From contig OX597818.1 of the NCBI GenBank assembly GCA_951406725.2, positions 106,516,001 to 106,580,000 of the forward strand: a DNA stretch of 64,000 nt. The letters are read 5' to 3'. Both the position numbers and the translations under genes were made by a program. The notes beneath the pieces are model-generated. The model was not told the origin of the DNA. It saw only the letters and a list, made by a program, of their open reading frames with translations, and did not search any database. This document shows positions 10,951 to 23,225 of the stretch, piece after piece; the stretch's first letter is position 1, and every line of letters begins with the position of its first letter. The stretch is from Octopus vulgaris. Taxonomy: Eukaryota.

Positions 10951-12399
10951 AACATCTATAAGATGATGATAATGATGATGCAAAAGATAGATTATTGGTA
11001 AAATTAAAACTAAGACAAAATAAAGTAGTGTAAAGAAATTAGAGTTTTTCAACACCAAATATCGCACAAACTTCTTACTGATGCACCTGGTTGCACCCAT
11101 CCACAATTTGAGAAATGGTTATGTCTTACTGAACACAAACAGCGCTCTAACTCAACCTGAAACGTAATCTTCCAGGTTTTATGTCTTTTAGTTATATCTT
11201 GCTTTTCTTAATGCGTATATACTTGCACACTTTTGTTTACTCATGTCCAAGCATTTGTGCATGTATACATGTGTATGTACATACAGATATTGAGTACTTT
11301 TAATATATTAATATGTCCTTCCATATAAAGTATTTTCACCCCTCCCTTCCTATTTGTAATCCTACCTTTCTTCACACTCCTTCTGTCTTTTCCTTTCCTT
11401 TGTATCGTGTAGTGAATGTTTCATGTTTTCTATCTCATTGAATTCTTTGTCTCTAATCAAGACACCATTATTATTTTATATGAGATTTTAATGAAAATGG
11501 AATTCAAACAAAAATTAATAAATAAAATCTCTATTTAGTTGAACTACTATTTAAGGACAAAGAATGAAAACAAAGAAAGTGACTTCAGATTATGAAATCG
11601 TAAGCAAAGTATTTCCAGTACAAAAAATATATTAAAAAAATGGACTCAAAATATATTAAAAGCCATTGATCAATTATTGATTTTACTGAAAAACAAAAGA
11701 AAGAGTATGGTAAAAACAGTGCTGGCCTGTAATGACAAAAATAATTATGTGAAGATTATTAATTTGGATATGTTTCTATACCTTGCAGAGATGAAAATTT
11801 TTGACATTACAGAGAAAAGTAAGAACGTCTTTTACTCTGACTAATCTATTTATTTGAAATGTTATGATTCTCATCTCTCCAGCAAATCCAAACCTACACT
11901 GTTCAAAATGACATCATTTAATTTGAGAGTAAAATTGACTCTACAAATTCTGACCTATTTTCAAAATGCTTCCATATCTTTTTGTTGTTCTTATATCACT
12001 ACATAAATGCTTAAACTGCTTCCATTTTCTCACCCTTTTAGTTCTTTCTCAGATGTTTACCATCAAGACACATTAGTAAATATATGGTCTTGTGGTTTTC
12101 CTTCAGAACTGTAAACCTTAGCTATTGGTATAAAGTTCACATAGCATTCGTTCTGACTCTTGATACTGAATTCAAATCCTGCTGAGGTTAATTTTGCTGT
12201 TTATCTTTTCAGGGTCAATAAAAAGCACCGACCTTGTGGGAATGTTGAACTGGAGGCATGTGTATATACATACACACAGCTGAACCCCTCTTATATCTCC
12301 CACCTTACCTACCTACATACTAAGTATTTCCCATCATCTGTAACCCAGCCCCTAATACGCTAACCCCTACCTCAACCTGTTTACTCCTTATCATTAACA

Positions 12400-12625
12400 T
12401 GTAAAAAGCATCCGGTACATTCTGTAAAGTGATTGGCATCAGGAAGAGCATCCAGCCTCAGAAACCATGCCAGAGACAACAGCCTTGTGGCTCAACACAG
12501 CCTTGCAGGCTGACATAGCCTTGCAGGCTGACATAGCCTTGCAGCTTGTTTGTTCCTGTCAAACTGTCCAATCCATGCCAGCATGAAAAACAGACATTAA
12601 ATCATGATGATGATGATGGTGGTGA
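12400..12625 (+). mobile_element. RTE 3'-tail insertion with an internal ~19-bp tandem expansion
   Basis: tgtaaaagcatcc...gattggcatcaggaagagcatccagc...ccatgccagcatgaaaa...(gat)n; about four (a)tagccttgcaggctgac units at 12479-12545. Confidence 0.75.
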
Positions 12626-12995
12626 TATATATGTATGTATGTATCAATTAACAAATGACCAAAAGCAGGAATTACACAATCCCTTTTACTAGCTTACAGC
12701 TATAAGGAAGAAACTTGCACCCAAAGATGAGTGCTTGTATGATGTTTTATAACTCCCTCAGAGCCATTTAAATGAAGTATATGATCATTGCAGAAAACAT
12801 TTAAAGAGATAGAATTGGTTATAGGTAGAACCTTGGTAAATTAGTTTCTTACTTTGTCTGCTAAATTTTCTCAATATGATCAAAACAAGATAAGCATCAC
12901 AACAAAAATGAAAACTAAAACAAATCTGAGGTTTTACTTATCCATTTTTCATTTTCCTCATCAAGGCTTTAAACTTTTTCAAAAGGCTTTATGTA

Positions 12996-13373
12996 TCTCT
13001 CTATATATAAACGGCAGTTTGTCTGTGCGTGTTTCTGTGTGTCTGTTTGCTTGTACCCTCACCCTGACCACGGCTTTCTACCGATTCTGATGAAACTTGA
13101 CACACACATAGCCCAATGTCATAATTCAAAACTAACGCAGCGAAAATTTTGAAAAGTTCCCCCAGTTCTGAAAAAAATCGATAAATTCGACATGGGGTCA
13201 AGAATCAGAAACACAAACCGCAAACTGTCTAGGGGACGCAACTCCACCTTTTTTAACCAAAAATTTACCATCATTTTTTCCCATTTTTTTGCTATTTTTT
13301 GGCTATAACTTTCTAAAAATGCTTTATAGTTATTTCCCTTACAAACCTGAGCAACGCCGGGCGATACTGCTAG
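12996..13373 (+). mobile_element. Non-autonomous Helitron
   Basis: Starts TC(tctatatataaac) after an A and ends CTAG before a T (A|T target, no TSD). Subterminal hairpin-like cctgagcaacgccgggc lies about 10 bp before CTAG. Confidence 0.85.
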
Positions 13374-14426
13374 TAATACAATACATAGCACATCACTTTG
13401 TCTGCATTCAGCACCTTCACTCAGCTGGTAATTATTTATTTTTTTTGCATAATGATCAGGGTTTAATTTTACCAAAAGTGAAGATAATTAATTTTCTGGT
13501 ACTAAATACAGGAAAATTTTGTTGAAAATACGACTTGCATAACAAAGTCCAGAATGCTGTAGAAGTTTTTAAAGCTTATTTTTTTCTCTAGAACTGCAAC
13601 ATTCTAATGTACCAATCCTTTCTACATTTAATCTCAAAAACAATCTATAACAATCCGAAATAAATCTTAACCAAATAACAATATCCAAGATATTCCTATC
13701 TTCCAATCTAATTAGACATTACCTATCTTCTCTGGACTAACAGAGAAAAAATTTCAAACTTCTATGATAAAAAATATTTTTTTAAATGCAAAAATACAGG
13801 ATCACAGGTGTAACCACACAACAATTGATGAAATGCAGTCCTCACCAAAGAACACAGCTCTGTGCATACATCTATTCATCATTTGACCATTACAGCATAG
13901 AACTGACTAAATAAACACCAGCAGTGTCTAACATTGGCACAAAGTCACAATATATAAACATTAGTTATATCAGTTGTAAAATAAATATTTTGATTCCAAA
14001 TATATATAACTGATACACAACCCAGTACAGATGTGTTAGCAGTCCAGAATCTTGCGAGAAAAGGGCAAGAAAAATAGTAAAGAATAAAAAGCAAGCATTA
14101 ATCACAGCAGAAATAGTTACAAACATGGAACAATTATAAAGCATTCATGCTTGTGAATAAAATATTGGAGAATGAAATAAGAAAACAAAAAGTAAATATA
14201 AGAGAAAAAAACAAAACAAACGAAGACAAAAAAAATCAAGCTATGAAGAAAACAACATGAGGATACTGAAGACTGAAAGACAAAGAGTTGTTAATCTTGT
14301 AAGATAGTAATTGCATCAAAACAGGACGGATGTTTTTGTAAATAATTCCCTGTTGGTGTAAATTGCATAGTTTCAACAACTGTTTCTCTCCTTCTGGAGA
14401 CTTTAGCCAGTGGGCATTTCCTATGC

Positions 14427-14534
14427 TTATGGATACAGACTGGCTGGTTTGTAGGACTGGCCTGGTGGTGGCATAATAGTGTAACCAGAATGACAAGGAA
14501 ATTGAGTGGCTGCTGGTGAGCTGGCCAAGCAGGA
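14427..14534 (-). CDS. Candidate terminal coding exon of an unidentified gene (SCLASSPAATQFPCHSGYTIMPPPGQSYKPASLYP*)
   Basis: Acceptor catttattttatag|; 36 codons ending TAA; GC-richer, non-repetitive, S/P/A/Y-rich peptide; AT-rich UTR-like sequence downstream. Confidence 0.4.
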   Translation of the reverse strand, partial: SCLASSPAATQFPCHSGYTIMPPPGQSYKPASLYP

Positions 14535-14917
14535 CTATAAAATAAATGATGGGGAAAGCAGCAAAGTGTGGAACTACAATGATGAGGATGATGATGATGA
14601 TAATTCACCAAGGAAAATGAGAAGAGGCAGGCAAGTAATCAAACAAAAGATCATTATACAAAAAAAAAAAAAAAAAAAAATGAAAAGAGAGATTAACAAA
14701 GGAAAGGAAATTTCCATCAATATCACTGAGGTATATATCATTGCTGCTCTACTGCTACTGCTACTACTGCTGCTGCTGCTACTAGTACTGCTACTGCTTC
14801 CTGTTGTGGAAGTTGTAACAGCAATAACATTAAGTGATGTGGGTGGGGCAATAATATGAAAGAAAGTGATGGTATAAGTGGAATTACTGATAATGTCTGG
14901 AGCCTCAAAGTGACTGG

Positions 14918-14961
14918 TAATAATAATAATAATAATAATAATAACAATAATAATAATGATG

Positions 14962-14995
<34 letters not shown>

Positions 14996-15040
14996 TAATA
15001 ATAAAAACAATACTAATAATAACAATAATAATAATGATAA
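14918..15040. repeat. (AAT)n microsatellite
   Basis: Imperfect aat/aac/gat run abutting the 3' end of the minus-strand SINE. Confidence 0.95.
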
Positions 15041-15250
15041 TCTTTTCTACTATAAACACAAGGCCTGAAATTTTGGAGGAGGGAAGTATCGATGACATTG
15101 ACCCCCAGCATTTCACTGGTACTTTATTTATCGACCCTGAAAAGATGAAAGGCAAAGTCAACCCCAACAGCATCTGAACTCAGAAAGTAACGGCAGATGA
15201 AATACCACCAAGCATTTTTCCTGGTGTGCTAACAGTTCTGCCAGTTCACC
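15041..15250 (-). mobile_element. tRNA-related SINE, family 2 (central domain gcctttcatc.tttc.gggtcgataaa..aagtaccag)
   Basis: Minus: ggtgaactggcagaactgttagc...ctgagttcagat...gactttgcctttcatcttttcagggtcgataaataaagtaccagtg. Related copies at 18611, ~46900-47320 and ~60330-60510. The central block resembles, from memory, the conserved Meta/MESC-type SINE domain. Confidence 0.75.
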
Positions 15251-15273
15251 AACTTAATAATAATAATAATAAT

Positions 15274-16059
15274 CAAATTAAAAGAGCAGGAAACAACACG
15301 GAGGTGGCTTAACAAGGGTGACCTAAAGAAGAATACCAAAAGCCTAATCATCACTGCCCAGGAACAGGCATTGAAAAAGGATAGATATCACACAAGTGCA
15401 ACAGACCTCTACAGAATGTGTGGGAAGAGGGTCGAAAGTGTGACTCACATTGTTAGTGCTTGTGAAAGTCTTGTTCAGAAAGAGTACATGCGTAGACACG
15501 ACAAAGTAGCCCAAAACCTCCACTGGCTACTATGCTATAAGTACGGATATGAGGTTATGGGTGCTTGGTACCAACATAACTTGGAAAAGGAAATGGATGA
15601 AAAAAGGCAGGCAAAAATCCTCTGGGACTTTGACTTCCAGACAGACAAAGTATTTGAGTACTGAAGGCTGGATATAGTAACCATTAGGAGGAACAAGCAA
15701 GAGCTCTTAATAACTGACGTGGCAGTGCCAGGAGATCAACATATCATCATGAAAGGAAGAGAAAAGGTTGATAAATATGGAGACCTGAGAATTGAGATTG
15801 TTAAGATGTGGCAGCTATGAGAGTCATCGGAGCATTAGGTTCAATAGCACCCAATCTGAAAAAACATCTGAAAACTTTAGAAATACCCTACAGTCTAGGT
15901 TTATTGCAAACGTCGGCATTACTTGGAACTGCACGCATATTGCGTAATGTACTGTCTGTCTGAGGTCCCTTTTTGTGACTTGACAAACAGTACGAAACCT
16001 GGTAGACACCATATCTTTAATCAACAGCCTCACGATATTGTATACTGTGCACACATCTA
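15274..16059 (+). mobile_element. 3' fragment of an R4/Dong-like non-LTR retrotransposon (zinc knuckle and restriction-like endonuclease)
   Basis: WLNKGDLK..T.SLIITAQEQAL, RMCGKRVESVTHIVSAC, YMRRHDKVA..LHWLLC, ILWDFDFQTD, *RLDIV..ITDVAVP, EKVDKYGDL, VIGALG, ALLGTARILRNVL*. Flanked by (TAA)n on both sides. Confidence 0.9.
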
Positions 16060-16435
16060 TAATAATAATAATAAGGAAAAGAAGAAGAACAACAGCAACA
16101 GCAGCAGTAGTAAGGTTTAGTAGTATCAACAATAGTAATGAGTAATTCTGAAGCTGATAGTAGTACTAGTAGCAGCAATAGGTGAAGTAGAGAAGAACAG
16201 TTAGTTGTCAATGAACTAAAGCCACAACACACTGAATTTTTCATTACTGATACACATGGTGCTGGGCATCAATATCACCACATCTCAACTGCAATTTTGT
16301 CATCATAACCAGCATCATCATTTTCATCATAAGCAGCAGTAGCAGTAGCAGCTGCAAGGAAGCAAAAGTAAAAAAGAGAGGAAAGGAAAGAGAAAAGAGA
16401 GCTTGTCAGTGATGTATTCAGAATGAAGAAGTTAT

Positions 16436-16467
<32 letters not shown>

Positions 16468-16620
16468 ATAAGGGGTTTGTGGACCCTGGGTTCAGTGCTA
16501 GCTAAAAGAGCAGGTGCCTGGCAAAACAGAAACAAAATAATAGAAATGTGTAATGTTTGTGGTATTAGAAGGGCATGAACAACTGCTGCTGCTGTTGCTG
16601 CTGCTGCACATGCATAAATG

Positions 16621-16627
16621 TGTGTGT

Positions 16628-16692
<65 letters not shown>
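16621..16692. repeat. (TG)n(AG)n microsatellite
   Basis: Direct reading. Confidence 0.95.
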
Positions 16693-16694
<2 letters not shown>

Positions 16695-17049
16695 GCAGTG
16701 GGTGTGTGTGTGGGAGGAGCGTAGTAGGAGAGAAAAGAGATATATAGGGGTAACTTATTAAGCGGTACATTCATTTCTAATATCAACCAATGGTCAGAAG
16801 GAAAACTTGTAGAAATAGATACAGACTATAACTAAGAATTGGACGACTCCCTAAGGTAGGGTTGACATAAGAAGGATCAACAAGGAAACAAGTTTTAGAT
16901 TCCACACTCCAAGAATTATAACTTCAAGTTAACCATTTGAATGATGAAAGATGCCTTCTAAAAGAAAATAGCAACAACAAAGGAATCGTCAAGAGGAAGA
17001 TGGTAATATGCCGATAATCAAAATTAGGGAGAAAGTAAATCAATTAATA

Positions 17050-17447
17050 GGGGCAGGCATGACTGTGTGATAAGGAGCTTGCTTCCCAACTACATGGTTC
17101 AGGGTTCAGTCCCACTACTTGGCACCTTGGGGCAAGTGTCTTCTACTACAGCCTCAGGTCGACCAAAGCCTTGTGAGTGGATTTGGTAGACAGAAACTGA
17201 AAGAAGCCCATTGTATATGTGTGTGTGTGTGTGTGTATTTGTGTGTCTGTGTTTGTTCCACCACCATTGCTTGAGGACTGATGGTGGTGTGTTTATGTCC
17301 TCGTAACTGAGCGGTTTGGCAAAAGAGACCAATAATGTAAGCACTAGGCTTACAAAAAATAAGTTCAGGGGTTGATTTGTTTGACTAAAGGTGGTTCTCC
17401 AGCATGGCCACAGTCAAATGACTGAAACAAGTAAAAGAATAAAAGAA
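17050..17447 (+). mobile_element. Full-length tRNA-derived SINE, family 1
   Basis: A-box-like tgactgtgtga, B-box-like ggttcagtccc, caagtgtcttctacta core, internal (TG)n, tail ctccagcatggccacagtcaaatgactgaaacaagt(aaaagaat)n. Confidence 0.9.
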
Positions 17448-18610
17448 TTTTGAGCAATTTCTCTTTCACTCTAAAAGGAATAAATAAATGAATATAAGGC
17501 ATGGCTTGCAAGTGCGTTTTACATTACAAAAACAACCCAAAAGGCTACAAGGAGTCTGTAAGAATATAGATTAATACAAGTTACTTAATTTATGTGTTTG
17601 TAACCTTTAGACTGTTTGTAATCACAGAAATCTATGAATCAAAAGGAAGCTGAACAAACAACTCAAAGAATTCTTTTAATGTTATAAATATTTTTAAAAA
17701 AAAGCAGACAAAATATTCTTTATTTTGTGTTTTGTTATTTCTTTCTCAAAATGGTTTTGACTTAAACTACCAAAAAAGAATTGTTATTCTTCTCTAAAAA
17801 CAAACATTTACGAAATCGGTTTTATTTTTGCGATTTCATGTGATTTTTAAAAGTAGAAATTAAATGTGTTAATGAATGAATTACATTGATTTCATGTTTC
17901 TAGCTTTTATTTTTCTGCTATGTTTTTAATTAAAGAAAAAAAAGAAGTTAAAAATGAACATTGTATTTTACTTGCAGAGAAACATTACTGTTTACCTTCA
18001 GTGGTGGGAACTTGGAGTTAAAAGAAAATGAAGAACTATTAATTATATCCATAAATATGCATTTAAGAAGCTTACATCACAACAAAGTGTGGCACATGGA
18101 GAAGTGTCTTTCTTCTACAGCATTGGATTAACACTTTGCAAGTGGAATTTAGGAGATGGAAATTGTATAGGAGCTCATAATTTATATATATGAATGGGTG
18201 TATGAGTGTGTATGAATGTGTCTGTGTGTGTGTGTTTTAATCTCGCTTAAAACTGGTATCTCCAAAAAAGATCAAGGCATATTCTTCATTACAAATGTTA
18301 TTTTAATCAATTGCTTCACTATATTAATTAATTTAGTCTCTACTTAATATCATTATGTTCTTTATGTGGACATTACTCTTGGGCAATTTTCCATAACATT
18401 ATTTTAAATTGCTTAATCAGTAAATGTTTTTTCAGCTAAAACCATATATATCCTCAGAATCACTGTATGACCTAGTAAGTACGAGAAAGATTAGACTTCA
18501 CTGAAATGGTCTAATACAGTTGGAACAAGTCCATGGTTAGCATTGAACTTGACAAATATCAAAATCTCTTTACACTGGAAGCCACACCCTCTGTTTTGAC
18601 AACAATTATT

Positions 18611-18825
18611 CTTTGCTACTCTAGGCACAAAGCCCAAAATATTTGGGGGGAAGGGGACCAGTCGATTAGATTGACCCCAGTAAGCAACTGGTACTTAATT
18701 TACTGACCCTGAAAGGACAAAAGGCAAAGTTGACTTCAGTGGAATTTGAATTCAGAACTTAAAGACAAATGAAATACTGCTAAACATTTCGCCTGGAATG
18801 CTAGCGTTTCTGTCAGCTCCCCTCC
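18611..18825 (-). mobile_element. SINE family 2 with ~15-bp target-site duplication
   Basis: Homologous to 15041-15250. Flanked by ttgacaacaattatt (18596-18610) and ttgaaaacaattatt (18826-18840). Confidence 0.8.
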
Positions 18826-19957
18826 TTGAAAACAATTATTATTTAACTTAATGAACTTTTTTTTTCTATTCGTTACATGTGTAATTTTAACTAATTCAAA
18901 CTGTTTTTGCCCCCTCCATACAGTACATTAGCTGCCACTATACTTCACACACACATGGCTAACTGTGATAACCCAGTTATTTGGGTGACCACTTTTGTTA
19001 GATTTCAGCTTTTGTGTTGCGTGGAACACCATTCTGCTTTCCTGGCTCTTTCTTCTTTCTAAATGTGATTGTATGTTGTAGATATTTATATTAATCATTA
19101 TTAATTCCCTTTTATATAAATCTCATTCTGCTTCATATATTGCAAAAATTCTACTTTCATTTCTAAATCTTTGTTGCCTGGCAACATTCTGAACATAGAG
19201 AAAAGTTGGTCCTGTGAGCAGAACTAATCTGCCAATGTCTGAGCTACTCTCAAAAATGCCATTTTTTCTTTCCTTTAATTCTAATTAATTTTGATATAAT
19301 CGAATAAAAAATATTACAATTTTCAAATACAAATATTCTGTTTTTCTATTTAAAACATTTTTATAATTATTTAAGTTGATTTTGTTTCTATAAAATGCAA
19401 ACTGTCATCTCTTTCATATTTTCTCTCGTTTTGCACAAATTTCTGCTTCTTTTGACATTGGTATACATGTACGTCAGCATTACGTAGTCTTTTCATCTCT
19501 TTCTTTCTATACTGTTACACATATTTTGTTATCACCATCTAAATTTTTAAAAAATTATACATTCCTACACACACAAACAGGTACATACATACATACATAC
19601 ACATATGGTGGTGGTGGTGATGATGATATTATAATATATATATATATAATAATAAACATATCACATGAACTTTCATAGCATTATACATGTAGGAAAAAGT
19701 GAAATGTATTAAAGCAACAAAGTATGAGAAGTATTGTCTTTGAGAGGTGTTTATGGCAACATTTAGAGTAATAAAGCAAATGGATATTTCATGAAAATAT
19801 CACACCATGACCAAAACTGAATAGAAAAAAAGAAAAAAGATGACAGTTTCTCAATGTTTGAGTATAGTGAGTAAAATTTCTCATTATTTAAGGTAGCAGA
19901 ATACAATACAGGGAAAACAGCCAACTATTTATGTGTGTGTGGTGGGGGTGGGGGGAG

Positions 19958-20095
19958 TGTTAGGAAGGGCATCCAGCTGTAAAAACAATGCCAAAACAGA
20001 CACAGAAACATGACACAGGCTCCTGCCTGGCCAGCTCCTGTCAAACCGTCCACCTCATGCCAGCATGGAAGGAGAACGTTAAATAATGATGATTA
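19958..20095 (+). mobile_element. RTE 3'-tail insertion
   Basis: gttaggaagggcatccagctgtaaaaac...tcatgccagcatggaa...cgttaaataatgatgat. Confidence 0.75.
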
Positions 20096-20158
20096 TGTAT
20101 ATGTATGTATTTATGTATGTACACACACACATTCATTTGAATATCTGTGATGAAGAAA

Positions 20159-20194
<36 letters not shown>

Positions 20195-20443
20195 GTGATG
20201 CACTTAGATTCATGTCCTCATCTTAGTTATTATATTTACAATGTTTTGTACTTCCTGACTTTCTTCATGTGTCTACCATATTTAATAATATGTCCAGTAA
20301 TTTGAATTGAATCTTTTATTAAATCCATGACAGTAAATCGTTCTTGTTTTATTACTTTATTACCTACATCAAGGATATTACACCATTTGCTATTCTTCTA
20401 CTTGTGATATTATTTAGTTATAAGTTCTTTCACTTGAACTAAA

Positions 20444-20484
<41 letters not shown>

Positions 20485-20492
20485 ATATATGT

Positions 20493-20948
20493 ATTCTTTT
20501 ATTCTTACATACATTTCAGCCCAAAGCTGTGGCCATGTTGGAGTACTTCCAGTGTAATCACCTTTTCAATGACCATTCTTATGTGATTGGCCTTTGGTAA
20601 AGGTGGGAGTTCAACACTGCTGCCCTCTTTTGAGTTACTTGCCATAATATAGGTTCATCTGGGACCTTTGGACAGCAGGAGATCAAATTGTTTCTTGAAA
20701 ACCTGTAACACTACTATGCCATGAAGCTCTCCGAGATGTTTTGGCAAGGCATTAAATAGCTGTGGGCTCTTGAATCTTAAGTTACTGTATGGTCCTTGCT
20801 CTAGATGGGATAGTTGGGACCTTTGGAATAGTGCAATGACATCCAGTTCAGGGGTTAGTTTTGATGCCAAAGTTTGGTGCCAACCCCTCTAGAATCTTCC
20901 ATGCATATATTACTGTGTATTTCTCCCATCTTCACTCCATGAAGTAGA
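20493..20948 (-). mobile_element. 3' fragment of a CR1/L2-group LINE
   Basis: Minus: SME*RWEKYTVIYAWKILEGLAPNFGI...PQLFNALPKHL..L.G....FKKQFDLLLS...PDEP...RAA.LNS.LYQ, then a 3'UTR ending in an aagaataaaagaa tail. Confidence 0.8.
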
Positions 20949-20993
20949 GTTGTGTGTGTATATGTATGTGTGTGTGTATGTATGTATATATGC

Positions 20994-21294
20994 TGAGACC
21001 CCATTCAGTCATTATTGACCATGGGACTGCACCTAGAAAGTTACACTCTGAGGCACAAGTCTGGGCAAGGTTGTTTATGGATGACCTGCAGTCGCCCATG
21101 CATACCAGCCTTCCCTCTTCAAGCCACCAGTGTTATCCAAGGGAAAGGCAAAGGTCGATACAGCTTGGCACCTGTGACGTCGCAGCTCATTTCTACAGCT
21201 GAATGAACTGGAGCAACATGAAATAAAGTGTCTTGCTCAAGAACACAACACGCAGCCCTGTCCGGGATTTGAACTCACAACCTCACAATCGTAA
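20994..21294 (-). mobile_element. tRNA-derived SINE, family 3 (5' end slightly truncated)
   Basis: Minus: ttacgattgtgaggttgtgagttcaaatcccgg (B box)...gtgttgtgttcttgagcaagacactttatttc...; body differs from family 1. Confidence 0.75.
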
Positions 21295-21436
21295 GTATGT
21301 GTGCGTGTGTGTATAATGATAATAAGGATTATTTTGAAGAAGCATAACATTACCTTTAGTTCCCTTTTCTATGTACATATACAACTGCAATAAGACCTAC
21401 ATATGTTCCTACTGCATTGATTCTATGTATATACAC

Positions 21437-21782
21437 AGGTGCAGACGTGGCTATGGTTCCAGGTTCTGTTTCACTTTGTGTGCACCCTGGGTAAGTGTCT
21501 TCTATTATAGCCCTGGGCCAACCAAAGCTTTGTGAGTGGGTTTGGTAGATGGAAGTTCATCTTATATTCATGTTTATATCTCTATGTAGGTGTTTGTTTC
21601 ACACCAAAACTTGACAGCCAGTGTTGGTTTGTTTATGGTACTGTAACTTAGTGGTTCAGCAAAAGGATGGTAAAATAAATACAGGCTTAAAAAGAAATGT
21701 ACAGCTGGAGTCAAAATCCTTTAAGGCAGTGCCCCAGCGTGGCCACAGTTTAATCAGTGGAAAAGGTAAAAGATAAAAGATA
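21437..21782 (+). mobile_element. SINE family 1 (diverged)
   Basis: aggtgcagacgtggct..ggttccaggttc...aagtgtcttctattatagccctgggcc...gtgccccagcgtggccacagt...(aaaagat)n. Confidence 0.8.
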
Positions 21783-21934
21783 TAAATATATCTATGCATG
21801 GATGGGAGGTTGAAGTGTTCACTTCCCAACCATGTAGTTTGGGTTCCATCTGAGAATTTCTTGGCCCTTGAGTCAAATGTGTAACTTTCTGGAAATTAAA
21901 AGAAATGTTAACGAAGACAGTCAACTTCATTTAA

Positions 21935-22154
21935 CCCTTTTGTTACTGTATTTATTTTGAGATGCTCTGTGTTTCTTTCAATTACTTTAACTATAACAAA
22001 GAATTCAGTAAAATAACTTGGTTATCATTTAGCTAGTGTTAGGAACATAAATTGTGACTAAGGTTTGGTGGAAGATTTTAATTCAAAACTTGTGAAAACA
22101 AGACATTTGTACTCAGAGCCAAAACCGGTTTCAGCCGGGTTGGTAATGAAAGGG
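21935..22154. mobile_element. piggyBac-type MITE
   Basis: TTAA target duplication (21931-21934 and 22155-22158); TIRs cccttttgttac / gtaatgaaaggg. Confidence 0.85.
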
Positions 22155-22396
22155 TTAAACATTTATTTGTAATATGGTGTCAAAATTTTTGTTACTCAGA
22201 TTTTTTATTGCAAAAAGGGAAAAGGTCACAGTCTCAAACAACGAAGATTTCAAAAGTATTTTACAAATAAATGTTTGAGCAAAGTTGACAATCTTTTTCT
22301 GTTTCTGAACTGCTAACTTATGTTTTCAATGAGGCAGACACTTTAACACTTCATCTCAGATCAAAACTCTTGCTATGAAAGTACATCTTCATAATA

Positions 22397-22666
22397 TATA
22401 CATGTATGTATGTACATACATACGTACATTTGTATGTATGTACATACATACATACGTACATTTGTATGTATGTATGTACATACATACGTACATTTGTATG
22501 TATGTACATACATATGTACATTTGTATGTATGTATGTACATACATATGTACATTTGTATGTATGTATGTACATACACATGTACGTATGTACATACATATG
22601 TATGTATGTACATACATATGTATGTATGTATGTACATACATATGTATGTTTGTATGTATGTATGTG
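22397..22666. repeat. Quasi-palindromic (TACA)n/(TGTA)n minisatellite, ~28-32-bp units
   Basis: Repeating tacatacata(c/t)gtacatttgtatgtatg units. Confidence 0.9.
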
Positions 22667-22889
22667 TCTTTGTACATTTATCCATCTGTTTAAAAATATG
22701 TATGTGTGTATGTGTGTGTGTGAGAGAGAAAGAGATGCTGTGAATATTGGAAGGCAGCTTAGAGAGGGCAAAGAGGATGACAATCCAGGTTAACCCTGAA
22801 TATTGCTCCTTAGTCTCATTTTCTTGCCTCTATATTCTTTTTTGCAGATGGTGACTTCCAGCACTGTATAATGTTTAAATTTTATGTTT

Positions 22890-23225
22890 GGCCAAGAAGT
22901 TTGCTTCCCAATCACATGGTTCCAGGTTCAAATCCACTCTGAGTTACCTCAGGCAAGTGTCTTCTACAATAGCCCTGGGCCACGCAAAGGTTTGTGAGCA
23001 GATTTTATAGGCAGAAACTGAATGTATGTGTGTGTATGTTTGTGCGTGTGCATGCATGTGTGTGTCTTTGTATTTGTCCCCATCCCTCTGCAGTTTGGCA
23101 AGAGTTTTGGTGGAATGAGTAGCAGAATTAAAGTTATCTACTGAGGTCAATTTCCTTGAGCAAAGCCTTCAAGCTGATGCCCCAGCATGACCACATTCTA
23201 ATGACCGAAACAAATAAAGGAGAAA
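22890..23225 (+). mobile_element. SINE family 1 (diverged, internal deletion)
   Basis: gcttcccaatcacatggttccaggttcaaatcc...caagtgtcttctacaatagccctggg...gccccagcatgaccaca..aatgaccgaaacaaataaag. Confidence 0.75.

Noticed and set aside
14574-15177. Poly-I/L/N/S ORFs up to 199 aa
   Set aside because: Derived from (AAT)n and (CTG/CTA)n tracts plus a SINE.
22351-22793. Overlapping 95-136 aa ORFs and a regularly spaced, CRISPR-like look
   Set aside because: Tetranucleotide-based minisatellite with no unique spacers and no cas genes; eukaryotic context.
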